Positions 1 through 7,305 of a stretch of 64,000 nucleotides of DNA are shown one piece after another. The notes beneath the pieces are model-generated. The model saw only the letters and a list, made by a program, of their open reading frames with translations, was not told the origin of the DNA and searched no databases. The translations under genes were made by a program, and so were the position numbers. Location: the NCBI GenBank assembly GCA_001820785.1, contig MHQW01000047.1:5928-69927 (forward strand), read 5' to 3'. Positions within the stretch are counted from its first letter, which is position 1; each line of letters begins with the position of its first letter. The stretch is from Candidatus Sungbacteria bacterium RIFCSPLOWO2_02_FULL_51_17. Lineage in GTDB: Bacteria; Patescibacteriota; Minisyncoccia; Sungbacterales; GWA2-42-14.

Positions 1-935
1 GCCTGGTATGCAACGCGAATAACATTATTGATCGGCTCTTTGAGCGTAAGCGAGCACCCGGCTGTTTGCGCATGCATCCGTAGCCATTGTGATCGCGGAT
101 CCTTGGATGCGAACCGCTCCCGCATGATGCCAGCCCACAGGCGCCGCGCGGCGCGGAGCTTCGCTATCTCCTCAAAAAAATTATTATGCACATCAAAGAA
201 AAACGAGAGCTGGGGCGCGAATGAATCCACCGGCATGCCGCGGCGTATCGCCCCCTCAACATAGGCGATCCCGTCAGCAAGCGTGAACGCAACCTCTTGC
301 ACAGCAGACGCCCCCGCCTCGCGGATGTGATACCCCGAAATAGAGACCGGGTGCCACTTCGGCATTTCACGCGCGCAAAACTCCATCGTGTCAACGACCA
401 GTTTTACCCCTTTATCAACGGGGAACGCCCACTCCTTCTGCGCAATGTATTCTTTCAGAATGTCGTTCTGAATTGTCCCGCCAAGAGCCGCACGCGGGAT
501 TCCGCGTTTCTCGGCCATGGCGATATACATCGCAAGAAGGATCGCGGCGGGCGCGTTTATCGTCATGGAGACGGTGATATCGCCCACGGGAATATCTTTG
601 AAGAGATCCTCCATATCGCGAAGCGTATCAAGCGCCACACCGTCCCAGCCGACCTGGCACTCGGATATCGGCTCGTCGGAGTCGGCGCCCATGAGCGTCG
701 GCAGATCAAAAGCGGTTGAAAGCCCCGCGCCGCCGAGCGCAAGAATTTTCATGAAGCGCTCGTTCGTATCGGGCGCCAGACCAAATCCCGCGAACTGCCG
801 GATGGTCGGCTTTTTCCCGCGGTACATGGTCGGGTAAATACCGCGCGTGAACGGAAAAGCCCCAGGGTCGTTCAATTTTGAAAGATAGTCAACAATAACC
901 TCGTCAGGCCGGAAAAAACCCTTGTCTCTTGGCAC
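1..935 (-). CDS. methylmalonyl-CoA mutase, catalytic (large/N-terminal) part; partial, 3' end lies beyond the window start
   Basis: Not in the supplied ORF track because it runs off the edge. My own minus-strand translation is an uninterrupted frame: ...[30 protein letters not shown]...[17 protein letters not shown]...[22 protein letters not shown]...[28 protein letters not shown]... These are hallmark motifs of B12-dependent methylmalonyl-CoA mutase. The start is uncertain: GTG at 935 or an in-frame ATG at 1016. Confidence 0.85.
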   Translation of the reverse strand, partial: MPRDKGFFRPDEVIVDYLSKLNDPGAFPFTRGIYPTMYRGKKPTIRQFAGFGLAPDTNERFMKILALGGAGLSTAFDLPTLMGADSDEPISECQVGWDGVALDTLRDMEDLFKDIPVGDITVSMTINAPAAILLAMYIAMAEKRGIPRAALGGTIQNDILKEYIAQKEWAFPVDKGVKLVVDTMEFCAREMPKWHPVSISGYHIREAGASAVQEVAFTLADGIAYVEGAIRRGMPVDSFAPQLSFFFDVHNNFFEEIAKLRAARRLWAGIMRERFASKDPRSQWLRMHAQTAGCSLTLKEPINNVIRVAYQ

Positions 936-1021
936 GTGCTGTTTGTGTAAAAGAGCGCTAGATGTATGGTGGCATTCTTTTTTGCAGAAAGTAAAGGCCG
1001 CGCTCCGGGTGCGCATCCAAA

Positions 1022-1047
1022 CAAAAAACGCACCAAAATGCGGTGCG
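1022..1047 (-). terminator. rho-independent terminator after the speE-fusion gene
   Basis: On the minus strand: CGCACC-GCATTTT-GGTGCG followed by TTTTTTG, 15 nt downstream of the stop codon at 1062. Confidence 0.7.
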
Positions 1048-1061
1048 TGTGTGCGCTGCGT

Positions 1062-2492
1062 TCAAAGTTCGGCTGGCTCTCCTGCGGGGTCCTTCAGCGT
1101 GTAGACAAAGCGGCGCGTCATAAAAACGTCTCCATTCCGCTCGGTCATGTATGCATGCTGTTCGCGACCAATGTTCACAATGCGGGATCCGCGAATCTTC
1201 AACTCCCATTTCGCGACATCAGCCCCAAAATATTTCATGCAGAACTCAACCGCTTTTTTCACATCAAGCGTGGAGCAGGTAAAGATGTTCTTCAGCACCA
1301 TACCCCAGTGCGTGGAGTAATGCGCGGTCACAGCACTCGTCTCAATGAGTTGCACGAGCGAGGGCCCAGCCGTTTTTGATTTTGCGAACCCGAAGTCGGG
1401 TATGATGGGTTTTCCGAACGGCTTCATGCCGATGACGGCGCAGATCTCGCGCGCGAATTTCGCAAGGCGTTTTTTGGAACTGATAACAGAGTAGTCGCAT
1501 CCGTACAGATCAAGGATGAGTTCGCGACCGAACTCGCTTTGCTCTATCGCCCGCTGAATTTCCACCGGAAGCACCATGGCCGCCCGATGCATTTCGGGCG
1601 AATACCAGTTACACCGGGATGCCGACGGAAAATCCTTGAAGCGGCGCTCAAGCGTTGCAAGCGATTCCTTGAAAATGCCTTTCCGGTGCGAAGCGGCAAC
1701 GAGCGTAAAATATCCGCCCACGTAGGTGGGAACCGCAGTGACAAGCCCCTGCACATCGCCGCGCGAGAACACCTCAAGCATTTGGCGCCAATGCGCGGGC
1801 ATCTCGTCCGGCTGGAACATGCTTGATCCCGTCTGCCTAATCGCAATACCGTCTTCGGCAAGAATGGCGGCGACATCCTGATAGAACGACATGCGAAACA
1901 GCGAACGCGCAGGACCGATGGGATCGGGCGAATCAATGATGACAAGATCGTACTTTCGCTTCTCCGCCCTTTTTTCCTTCACGACCTCGGCACCATCGGC
2001 GATGATAAGATTCACGCGCGGATCGGAGAACGACATTCCCGGAATGCCGGGGATGTATTTCAGCATGACATCTATCACCTCGCGGTCAATATCCACCGCG
2101 TCAATATGTTCAACGGACGGGTACTTCACGATCTCACGAAGCGTTCCACCGTCGCACCCGATCAGAAGGACCGACTTCGGAGGACGAAGCAGAGAGTGTG
2201 CGGCGAAATGCACCAACGGCTCGTGATAATAGATCTCGTCGGCCTCGGTGGTCTGCACAGCGCCATCAAGCGTCAAGACCCGGCCAAAACGCGGCGTCTC
2301 CAGCACCAACATCTGGTGCAAGACCTTCCCGTGCGCATCCCGCGTGGTCTTTTTATGAAGGACCTTGGACACTTTGATGCTTTGGGCAACATCAGAATAC
2401 AGCTCTTCCCGGAACCAGAGACCCGACTTGCGCCTCTCAAGCATTGCACTCTCCATGAGGGTTTTCAAAAAAACTGCTAGGAAAACTATCAT
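1062..2492 (-). CDS. speE: spermidine synthase (aminopropyltransferase) fused to a C-terminal AdoMetDC-like (SpeH/SpeD family) domain
   Basis: 476-aa ORF. The N-terminal ~300 aa carry spermidine synthase motifs (LWFRE, YHEPLVH, LLIGCDGGTLREI, DAVDID, IIDSPDPIGPA). The C-terminal ~150 aa resemble pyruvoyl AdoMetDC (LILDLYGCD...LIETSAVTAHY...NIFTCS). The true start may be Met13 or Met17 (2456/2444). Confidence 0.85.
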   Translation of the reverse strand: MIVFLAVFLKTLMESAMLERRKSGLWFREELYSDVAQSIKVSKVLHKKTTRDAHGKVLHQMLVLETPRFGRVLTLDGAVQTTEADEIYYHEPLVHFAAHSLLRPPKSVLLIGCDGGTLREIVKYPSVEHIDAVDIDREVIDVMLKYIPGIPGMSFSDPRVNLIIADGAEVVKEKRAEKRKYDLVIIDSPDPIGPARSLFRMSFYQDVAAILAEDGIAIRQTGSSMFQPDEMPAHWRQMLEVFSRGDVQGLVTAVPTYVGGYFTLVAASHRKGIFKESLATLERRFKDFPSASRCNWYSPEMHRAAMVLPVEIQRAIEQSEFGRELILDLYGCDYSVISSKKRLAKFAREICAVIGMKPFGKPIIPDFGFAKSKTAGPSLVQLIETSAVTAHYSTHWGMVLKNIFTCSTLDVKKAVEFCMKYFGADVAKWELKIRGSRIVNIGREQHAYMTERNGDVFMTRRFVYTLKDPAGEPAEL

Positions 2493-2533
2493 GTCCGCGT
2501 GCGCCTGTCCAGAGTGACCGGCCCAACAGAAAA

Positions 2534-2731
2534 CCCCGCCCTTAAAAGGCGGATAGTAGGTATAGCGCGTGAAATATCGTTTGTGATATCACGAAATAGG
2601 TAATCCGGAGCAAAATAAACCCCGCCCGTAAAAGGCGGGGTTTTACTGTGATGAGAAAGACGCGGTTCGTGGTAGCACAAAGCAATATTTTTCACTCTAT
2701 ACATACGGCCCGCCTTTTACGGGCGGGGTCC
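2534..2731. repeat. three copies of one GC hairpin, CCCCGCCC(G/T)TAAAAGGCGG(GG), in the speH to speE leader
   Basis: Copies at 2534-2552 and 2617-2644 are in one orientation; the copy at 2707-2731 is inverted. On the minus strand the middle copy is followed by TTTATTTTG and the first by TTTTCTGTT, so both are terminator-like. Confidence 0.8.
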
Positions 2732-2738
2732 TTCTTGA

Positions 2739-3179
2739 TCAGTCACGCCACACTTCTTTTCTGCTGATCTGCTTCGGACGGTACATCGCTTTAAAAAAAC
2801 GGAACACGTCGCGGGCCTTTTTGGTGTTATCCTGCGTGTAATTGCAAAAGAACACATCAATGTTCACAAAATTCCGCTCCGGCCACGTATGAACGGTGAT
2901 GTGGGACTCAGAGACGATGACAACGCCGGTGATCCCCCCCTCGTCGGGGTGATCTATCCCGGTGAACTTATGAAAGCGGCTTGCTACTATTTGGAAGCCC
3001 GCCTTCCTGATGACTTTGAGAGTTTTTTCCCTGACCGTGAATTTATTTATGAGGTATTTCTTCTCCCCGCCGCACTCGTGAAAGTCGGCGAGAATATGAA
3101 GGCTTTTTTTCTTCAACGAACCGCGCGCCCCGTCTCGCATTCCGCCCCATATGGTGCGAAGCACTCTTCGTACGCGCAA
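2739..3179 (-). CDS. speH: S-adenosylmethionine decarboxylase proenzyme (pyruvoyl, class 1b)
   Basis: 146-aa ORF with the canonical motifs LADFHECGG, VIVSESHITVHTWPE (ES self-cleavage site) and DVFFCN. The start could be Met14 (3140). Confidence 0.9.
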   Translation of the reverse strand: MRVRRVLRTIWGGMRDGARGSLKKKSLHILADFHECGGEKKYLINKFTVREKTLKVIRKAGFQIVASRFHKFTGIDHPDEGGITGVVIVSESHITVHTWPERNFVNIDVFFCNYTQDNTKKARDVFRFFKAMYRPKQISRKEVWRD

Positions 3180-3198
3180 TTTAACGCCAATACACCGG

Positions 3199-3615
3199 TT
3201 ATGCGCCCTCCCCCCGTTCGCGCCCCCCCCTTCGCATCCGGGCTGCCGGATCTAATTTGAGGTCACGTTTGGCCATCCGCGCTCCCCGCTTCATTTTTGA
3301 AACCTTCTTCTCCTTATATTTTTTTATCTCACCAGCACACTCCACCGACAGAAGGTCTATCGCCTGACGGAGATCCTCGGCCGCTGCTTCGCACCGGAGA
3401 AAGGAACCGGGAAGCGCCGCATTCACCTCGGCCCGCCACACCTTTCCCTTGTTGTGGTGATGCGTTGTACGCCCGATCTCAATATCAAGCGTAGTCGCAT
3501 CCAGTATATGCTCCTTCTTCAGTAGTTTACGGAAAACCCCCGTGAGCTTTGCGTCAACGTATCGCTTGAGCGCCTCATCCAGAGAAAACCCGGTTGTTTT
3601 AAGGGTGAACTTCAT
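3199..3615 (-). CDS. hpf: ribosome hibernation promoting factor / ribosome-associated inhibitor (S30EA family)
   Basis: MKFTLKTTGFSLDEALKRYVDAKL...LDIEIGRTTHHHNKGKVWRAEVN...AEDLRQAIDLL is typical of the HPF/RaiA fold. I chose the MKF start rather than the longer ORF start at 3645. Confidence 0.8.
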   Translation of the reverse strand: MKFTLKTTGFSLDEALKRYVDAKLTGVFRKLLKKEHILDATTLDIEIGRTTHHHNKGKVWRAEVNAALPGSFLRCEAAAEDLRQAIDLLSVECAGEIKKYKEKKVSKMKRGARMAKRDLKLDPAARMRRGGRERGEGA

Positions 3616-3784
3616 AACACGTGCTCGCAAGCATACAATATGCAAAATAATAATGCAAGGGGCATCATTAAAGTCCTATACCAAACCAACCAAGCACTAC
3701 ACAATGCACAAGCATTTCGCTATATGCCTTGTCCTTCCTTTAGGATTTGGAGCTTTGAACTTACCAACTGTTTGCAACAAATGG

Positions 3785-5149
3785 TTAATATAGGTATCCC
3801 CACGTCTGCAACCGATCGGAATCGGCATGCCACTTAAGACCGATGTCGGTCCGATAGAACATGTTCTGAATCATGATGTTTCCGATTCGCGAATACACCT
3901 GGTGGCGCGCCTCTTGCACCGTCGTACCCGAACCCGTCACCGTCATAAGCACCCCCGACTCCCCCGCGATGCGCCACACTCCCTCGTCTATTTTCACGTC
4001 CTCTATGTGAATGCCATCCAGATTCGCCTTCTTTTTAAAAAGTATCGGTAGATCGCGGTACATCTCAACCGCCTCGCGATCCTTTGCTTTGGCAAAAAAC
4101 GTCGGCACGTTGATGCGCACCCCTATCTGGAATCCCTTTTTTGTTTTCAATTCAAAATCCTCGCCGCGAGCAAGCTTTATCAGGAGCTCCCCCATCGGCA
4201 TGAGTATCCCTTCTTGATGGATAAAAATGGTCGGATACCCGAACCGGCACGTCCACTCCAACGGGTAAATGCCGCGGCCGTTCACGATGCAATTAATATC
4301 TACATATCCAATGTATCCCGATGCCTGCAGTGCCGGGAGCATTTTCAACAGCGTCGCCTTGAAAAGATTGTTTGGTTCTGCCCAATACATCAGCGTTCCC
4401 ATCTCGCCTGCAAAAGGCCCGATGTCACCGGGAAACACCCGCTTGTGCTCAAAATTGATGTTGATGGGTTTTATGAAATCATGCCCATTGAAAAATGCGC
4501 CGACCGCCACCTCAACACCGTTCACATACTTTTGCAACTGAAAGACCGGCGCCTTTTTCTGCCATACATTCTTATTCTGTTCAAGAAGTTCTACCAGGTC
4601 CTTGCCGTCCTCCTCCTGCCCGATAAATAAAAGCCCCTTGCCGCCCGACGGCGTATTGCCGGATGGCTTCATCACGTAGCGATCAGCATTATTGCGGAGG
4701 AACTCTATCGCCTCGTCATAATTGGAAAATTGCCATTGCGGAAGAATGTTGATACCGTGCTTTTTCATCTCCATTTGCCCGAACTCGCGGTCCATTTCCA
4801 GCTGATCGGTATATTCCGTTCCTCCGATGATCAGTTTGCCTTTTTTCCGCAGGCGTTCCGCGATGATGCCGAACTCAACATCGTCAAAAATGATAATATC
4901 CGCCCAATCAACGGAATCCTCCCACTTTTCCACCTTATCAATGAACCCGCTGTACACATCGGCATCGCTTTTCTCCTTAATGTACATGCGCACCTCATGG
5001 CCTTCCTTCTTTATGGTCCACGCCAAATCGCCGGAAAGCGATTCCAGGGCGACGAAGAGAAACTTCACTGGTTTTCCATTTCCCGCGGGGGATGAATTTT
5101 TTGCCGGTACTACAGTGCTCTCCGGCATCGGAAGATTTGAAGCGGCCAT
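3785..5149 (-). CDS. ATP-grasp enzyme, phosphoribosylamine-glycine ligase (PurD)-like
   Basis: 454-aa ORF with PurD-like architecture (N domain, ATP-grasp core, C domain; e.g. KPSGNTPSGGKGLLF, FNGHDFIKPININFEHKR, GYIGYVDINCIV). No other purine biosynthesis genes lie nearby. Confidence 0.7.
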   Translation of the reverse strand: MAASNLPMPESTVVPAKNSSPAGNGKPVKFLFVALESLSGDLAWTIKKEGHEVRMYIKEKSDADVYSGFIDKVEKWEDSVDWADIIIFDDVEFGIIAERLRKKGKLIIGGTEYTDQLEMDREFGQMEMKKHGINILPQWQFSNYDEAIEFLRNNADRYVMKPSGNTPSGGKGLLFIGQEEDGKDLVELLEQNKNVWQKKAPVFQLQKYVNGVEVAVGAFFNGHDFIKPININFEHKRVFPGDIGPFAGEMGTLMYWAEPNNLFKATLLKMLPALQASGYIGYVDINCIVNGRGIYPLEWTCRFGYPTIFIHQEGILMPMGELLIKLARGEDFELKTKKGFQIGVRINVPTFFAKAKDREAVEMYRDLPILFKKKANLDGIHIEDVKIDEGVWRIAGESGVLMTVTGSGTTVQEARHQVYSRIGNIMIQNMFYRTDIGLKWHADSDRLQTWGYLY

Positions 5150-5305
5150 GAGCGTTATAAGAGGTCAAAATATTGCGGAGGCATTTTTGAGAATGCTAAC
5201 TTTTAAAAATGTGTGAGATAAAATTTTTTAATAAGAGTTATTGCTCCTTATCGTATGCTGATACTATCAGAAAAAAAATAGAGAGTAAAGCTGTGTATAA
5301 GTTTT

Positions 5306-5334
5306 TTGACGAACTTTTTAATTGTATCTACGAT
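5306..5334 (+). promoter_or_regulatory. sigma70-like promoter candidate (TTGACG-17 nt-TACGAT)
   Basis: TTGACG at 5306-5311, a 17-nt spacer, then TACGAT at 5329-5334. It sits ~60 nt upstream of an orphan plus-strand terminator and no plus-strand CDS follows. Confidence 0.25.
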
Positions 5335-5396
5335 GATGGTATTCGGCATTGAGCGTCGAAAGAGAACTCGCGCCGAGGAGGGTTTGGGAACTCGAG

Positions 5397-5423
5397 GGGT
5401 CAGCAATGACCCTTTTTGTTTTT
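5397..5423 (+). terminator. orphan rho-independent terminator (plus strand)
   Basis: GGGTCA-GCAA-TGACCC followed by TTTTTGTTTTT. The T-tract is only on the plus strand, although both flanking genes are on the minus strand. Confidence 0.55.
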
Positions 5424-5494
5424 ATCGGGCTCTGCACATACGACACAACCGCCTCCAATCCAGCAACCGATGCGGACACTCTGTAATACATAGA

Positions 5495-6436
5495 TCACAC
5501 AATATGCACCTCTTCTACCAGATCAACGCCAAAGCGCTCCTTCACCTCTCGTTTGGCAACCCCTATCAGCCCCTTTACCTCGGTGGCGGTAGCGCCACCG
5601 GCATTTATGAAAAAGTTCGCGTGCTTATGCGATATTCGGGAATGTCCGAACTCTCGCCCCTTAAGACCCGCCCTATCTATAAGGTAGGCGGACGGTAGCG
5701 ATGGCGCCTGCTCAAATTGGCGCAATTCAGGATGGGCCGTAAGAAGCCCATCTTTCCCGCCGGGAATGGTGTCCCACGAAATGTTCTTAAACACACACCC
5801 CGCGCATTTGGCACCGATATCCTGGGTTGCCGCCCGATGCATGGAATATTTTCTTATCGTCTCCCGGGAAACATCCGGGTCGCCGGGATGAAGCGTAAGG
5901 CACGCCTCGGTCACGATCCATCGCGGGTCATCCTTAAAATATGAATGACGATATCCGAAATGACACTCTTCTGGAGCAAACTCGCGAAGCGCTCCGTTCT
6001 CCACATTCAGGGCCGTGACAGAGCGGAGGACTCTTCCAACATCCAATCCAAAAGACCCCGCGTTTCCCCGCACCGAGCCACCAATCGTCCCCGGAATACC
6101 TATCCCCCATTCAAATCCCGCAAGGCCCTCTTTGACAGACTCGGCAACGATCCTCGGCAACATCGCGCCCGCGCCGGCAACAACCGTAGTGCCGTGAACA
6201 GCGATATGTTGAAGTTCAATCTTTATGACAAGACCGGGAAACCCCGCGTCCGAGATCAAAACATTTGAACCCGCCCCAAGAACAAAAACCGGCAGGTGTT
6301 CTGCTTGCGCAAAAGCAACGGCCTCTGTAAGATCGGCTGCCGTAGTCACCGCGGAAAAAAAACGGGCGTATCCGCCTATGCGAAAAACCGAGTAGGGGGC
6401 GAGCAATGTATGTTCTTGTACGTGAAGTGCCATCAC
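5495..6436 (-). CDS. murB: UDP-N-acetylenolpyruvoylglucosamine reductase
   Basis: 313 aa with an FAD-binding PCMH domain (FRIGGYARFF, VLGAGSNVLISD) and a MurB C-terminal domain (AGLKG...G...ISHKHANFFIN). Confidence 0.9.
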   Translation of the reverse strand: MMALHVQEHTLLAPYSVFRIGGYARFFSAVTTAADLTEAVAFAQAEHLPVFVLGAGSNVLISDAGFPGLVIKIELQHIAVHGTTVVAGAGAMLPRIVAESVKEGLAGFEWGIGIPGTIGGSVRGNAGSFGLDVGRVLRSVTALNVENGALREFAPEECHFGYRHSYFKDDPRWIVTEACLTLHPGDPDVSRETIRKYSMHRAATQDIGAKCAGCVFKNISWDTIPGGKDGLLTAHPELRQFEQAPSLPSAYLIDRAGLKGREFGHSRISHKHANFFINAGGATATEVKGLIGVAKREVKERFGVDLVEEVHIV

Positions 6437-6471
6437 CTTGTACTATACCCGCCCCCCGCCGCGTTTTCAAC

Positions 6472-6492
6472 AAAAAACCGCCCGCAAGGGCG
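6472..6492 (-). terminator. terminator-like hairpin 36 nt upstream of the murB start
   Basis: Minus strand: CGCCC-TTGC-GGGCG followed by GTTTTTTG. There is no annotated minus-strand gene upstream of it. Confidence 0.45.
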
Positions 6493-6517
6493 CTTTGTGA
6501 GATCGGCGATCATCTTC

Positions 6518-6936
6518 ATACCGCGACGTGTTGCAAAAAATATGGATGACAGACACCCTGCCATCCACCTTTCCCATGAAGGGCCGCGATAAGGTTTAAC
6601 CCCCAACAATTGTCTTTATGTGGGTGCCAGTTACCGCGACCCATCGCGAAAAAGGTGGGTGGATCAACGTGAGATTTGCAACACAATAAAAGATGTCTGC
6701 GCTCATCTAACGATCACATCTATTATCGGGGATGAGCCGCAACCGGTCAAGCGCACGCATTGCTGGAATCAGGAATGTGACTGCTACAGCGAGCATAATA
6801 CCGCTTGTATCGACACCTCGATTGGGCGCGTACTATTATATATAGCCATGGAAACCCCGTGCATAAAGTAAAGGGCCTGGGTTATCCGAGGGCACGAGAG
6901 ATCCACTCCGCGTGCGCCAAGGTGCACGCGCGGTAT
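6518..6936 (+). ncRNA. candidate structured ncRNA with partial resemblance to bacterial RNase P RNA
   Basis: It sits in an ~870-bp gap with no credible ORF. Plus-strand segments resemble conserved RNase P RNA regions: GGGTGCCAGTTACC (6622-6635), TTGCAACACAA (6676-6686), GGTCAAGCGCACGC (6745-6758) and GCTGGAATCAGGAATGTG (6762-6779). A P4-like long-range pairing is possible between GGTTTAACCC (6593-6602) and GGGTTATCC (6879-6887). A closing stem is possible between ATACCGCGACGTG (6518-6530) and CACGCGCGGTAT (6925-6936). I could not derive a full fold by eye. Confidence 0.35.
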
Positions 6937-7016
6937 ATCCGCTTAAAGCAAAAACATTTCTTCTCGCCCCTCGGCCTCTTACACCGACCGACGATGTTTT
7001 CACATGTTATGTGTAC

Positions 7017-7037
7017 TATGGAGGTTGAACCTCCATA
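7017..7037. repeat. palindrome TATGGAGGTT-G-AACCTCCATA, copy 1 of 2
   Basis: 10-1-10 perfect palindrome followed by TATTT. A near-identical copy lies at 11046-11073. Confidence 0.8.
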
Positions 7038-7169
7038 TATTTAGTAGTTGACAGAAGTGTATGTTCGGGCCTGCCTATATTACTTATGTGTAATCGCTTT
7101 GAGAGGGGGCTGACCTGTGTACAGATGCGAGCAGTCCCTTCATCGCGTAAAACGTGTGTAAAGTAAAAA

Positions 7170-7187
7170 GCCGGGGTTTCCCCTGGC
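7170..7187. terminator. bidirectional terminator-like hairpin
   Basis: AAAAA-GCCGGGG-TTTC-CCCTGGC-CTTTT. There are A/T runs on both sides, with the stronger T-tract on the minus strand. Confidence 0.4.
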
Positions 7188-7305
7188 CTTTTACCGACAA
7201 TTGGGGAGTGTACGCTTGCGCGTAAACACCCACATTGCTTTAAGTGTAGCAAAATACTGCTTGCTTGTCAAGAAGCGCTGTCCACAGTAGGATTAAAAAG
7301 CATAT

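Noticed and set aside
936-1016. Longer ATG-initiated version of the methylmalonyl-CoA mutase gene, starting at 1016.
   Set aside because: Not fully rejected. That ATG lies only a few nt after the T-tract of the upstream terminator, leaving no room for a promoter. The extra 27 aa ([17 protein letters not shown]...) do not look like a mutase N-terminus. I therefore listed GTG at 935 as the working start.
2534-2731. CRISPR array, considered for the repeated hairpins here and for the GAATTAGAGAAT and TCTAAWT repeat families.
   Set aside because: There are only 2-3 copies per site, in mixed orientation, with irregular spacing and no cas genes. They behave like terminator or REP-type hairpins, not a repeat-spacer array.
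5306-5698. 130-aa plus-strand ORF spanning the purD-like/murB spacer.
   Set aside because: Its last ~200 nt run antisense through the 3' end of murB and it reads straight through an intrinsic terminator. The 5' part is better explained as a small non-coding transcript candidate.
7048-7081. TTGACA ... TATATT promoter-like pair downstream of the first palindrome.
   Set aside because: The spacer is 22 nt, too long for a standard sigma70-type promoter. I kept it only as context for a possible small transcript ending at the 7170-7187 hairpin.
6437-7305. tmRNA or SRP (4.5S) RNA in the large non-coding gap.
   Set aside because: For tmRNA I found no acceptor-stem pairing of a 5' GGGG with a 3' ...CCACCA, no T-arm (GGTTCGA-type) and no plausible tag reading frame on either strand. 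The GGGGCTGACC...GAGCAGTCCC hairpin at ~7107-7137 superficially recalls SRP domain IV. However, it lacks the GNAR tetraloop and the extended 5'/3' helix.
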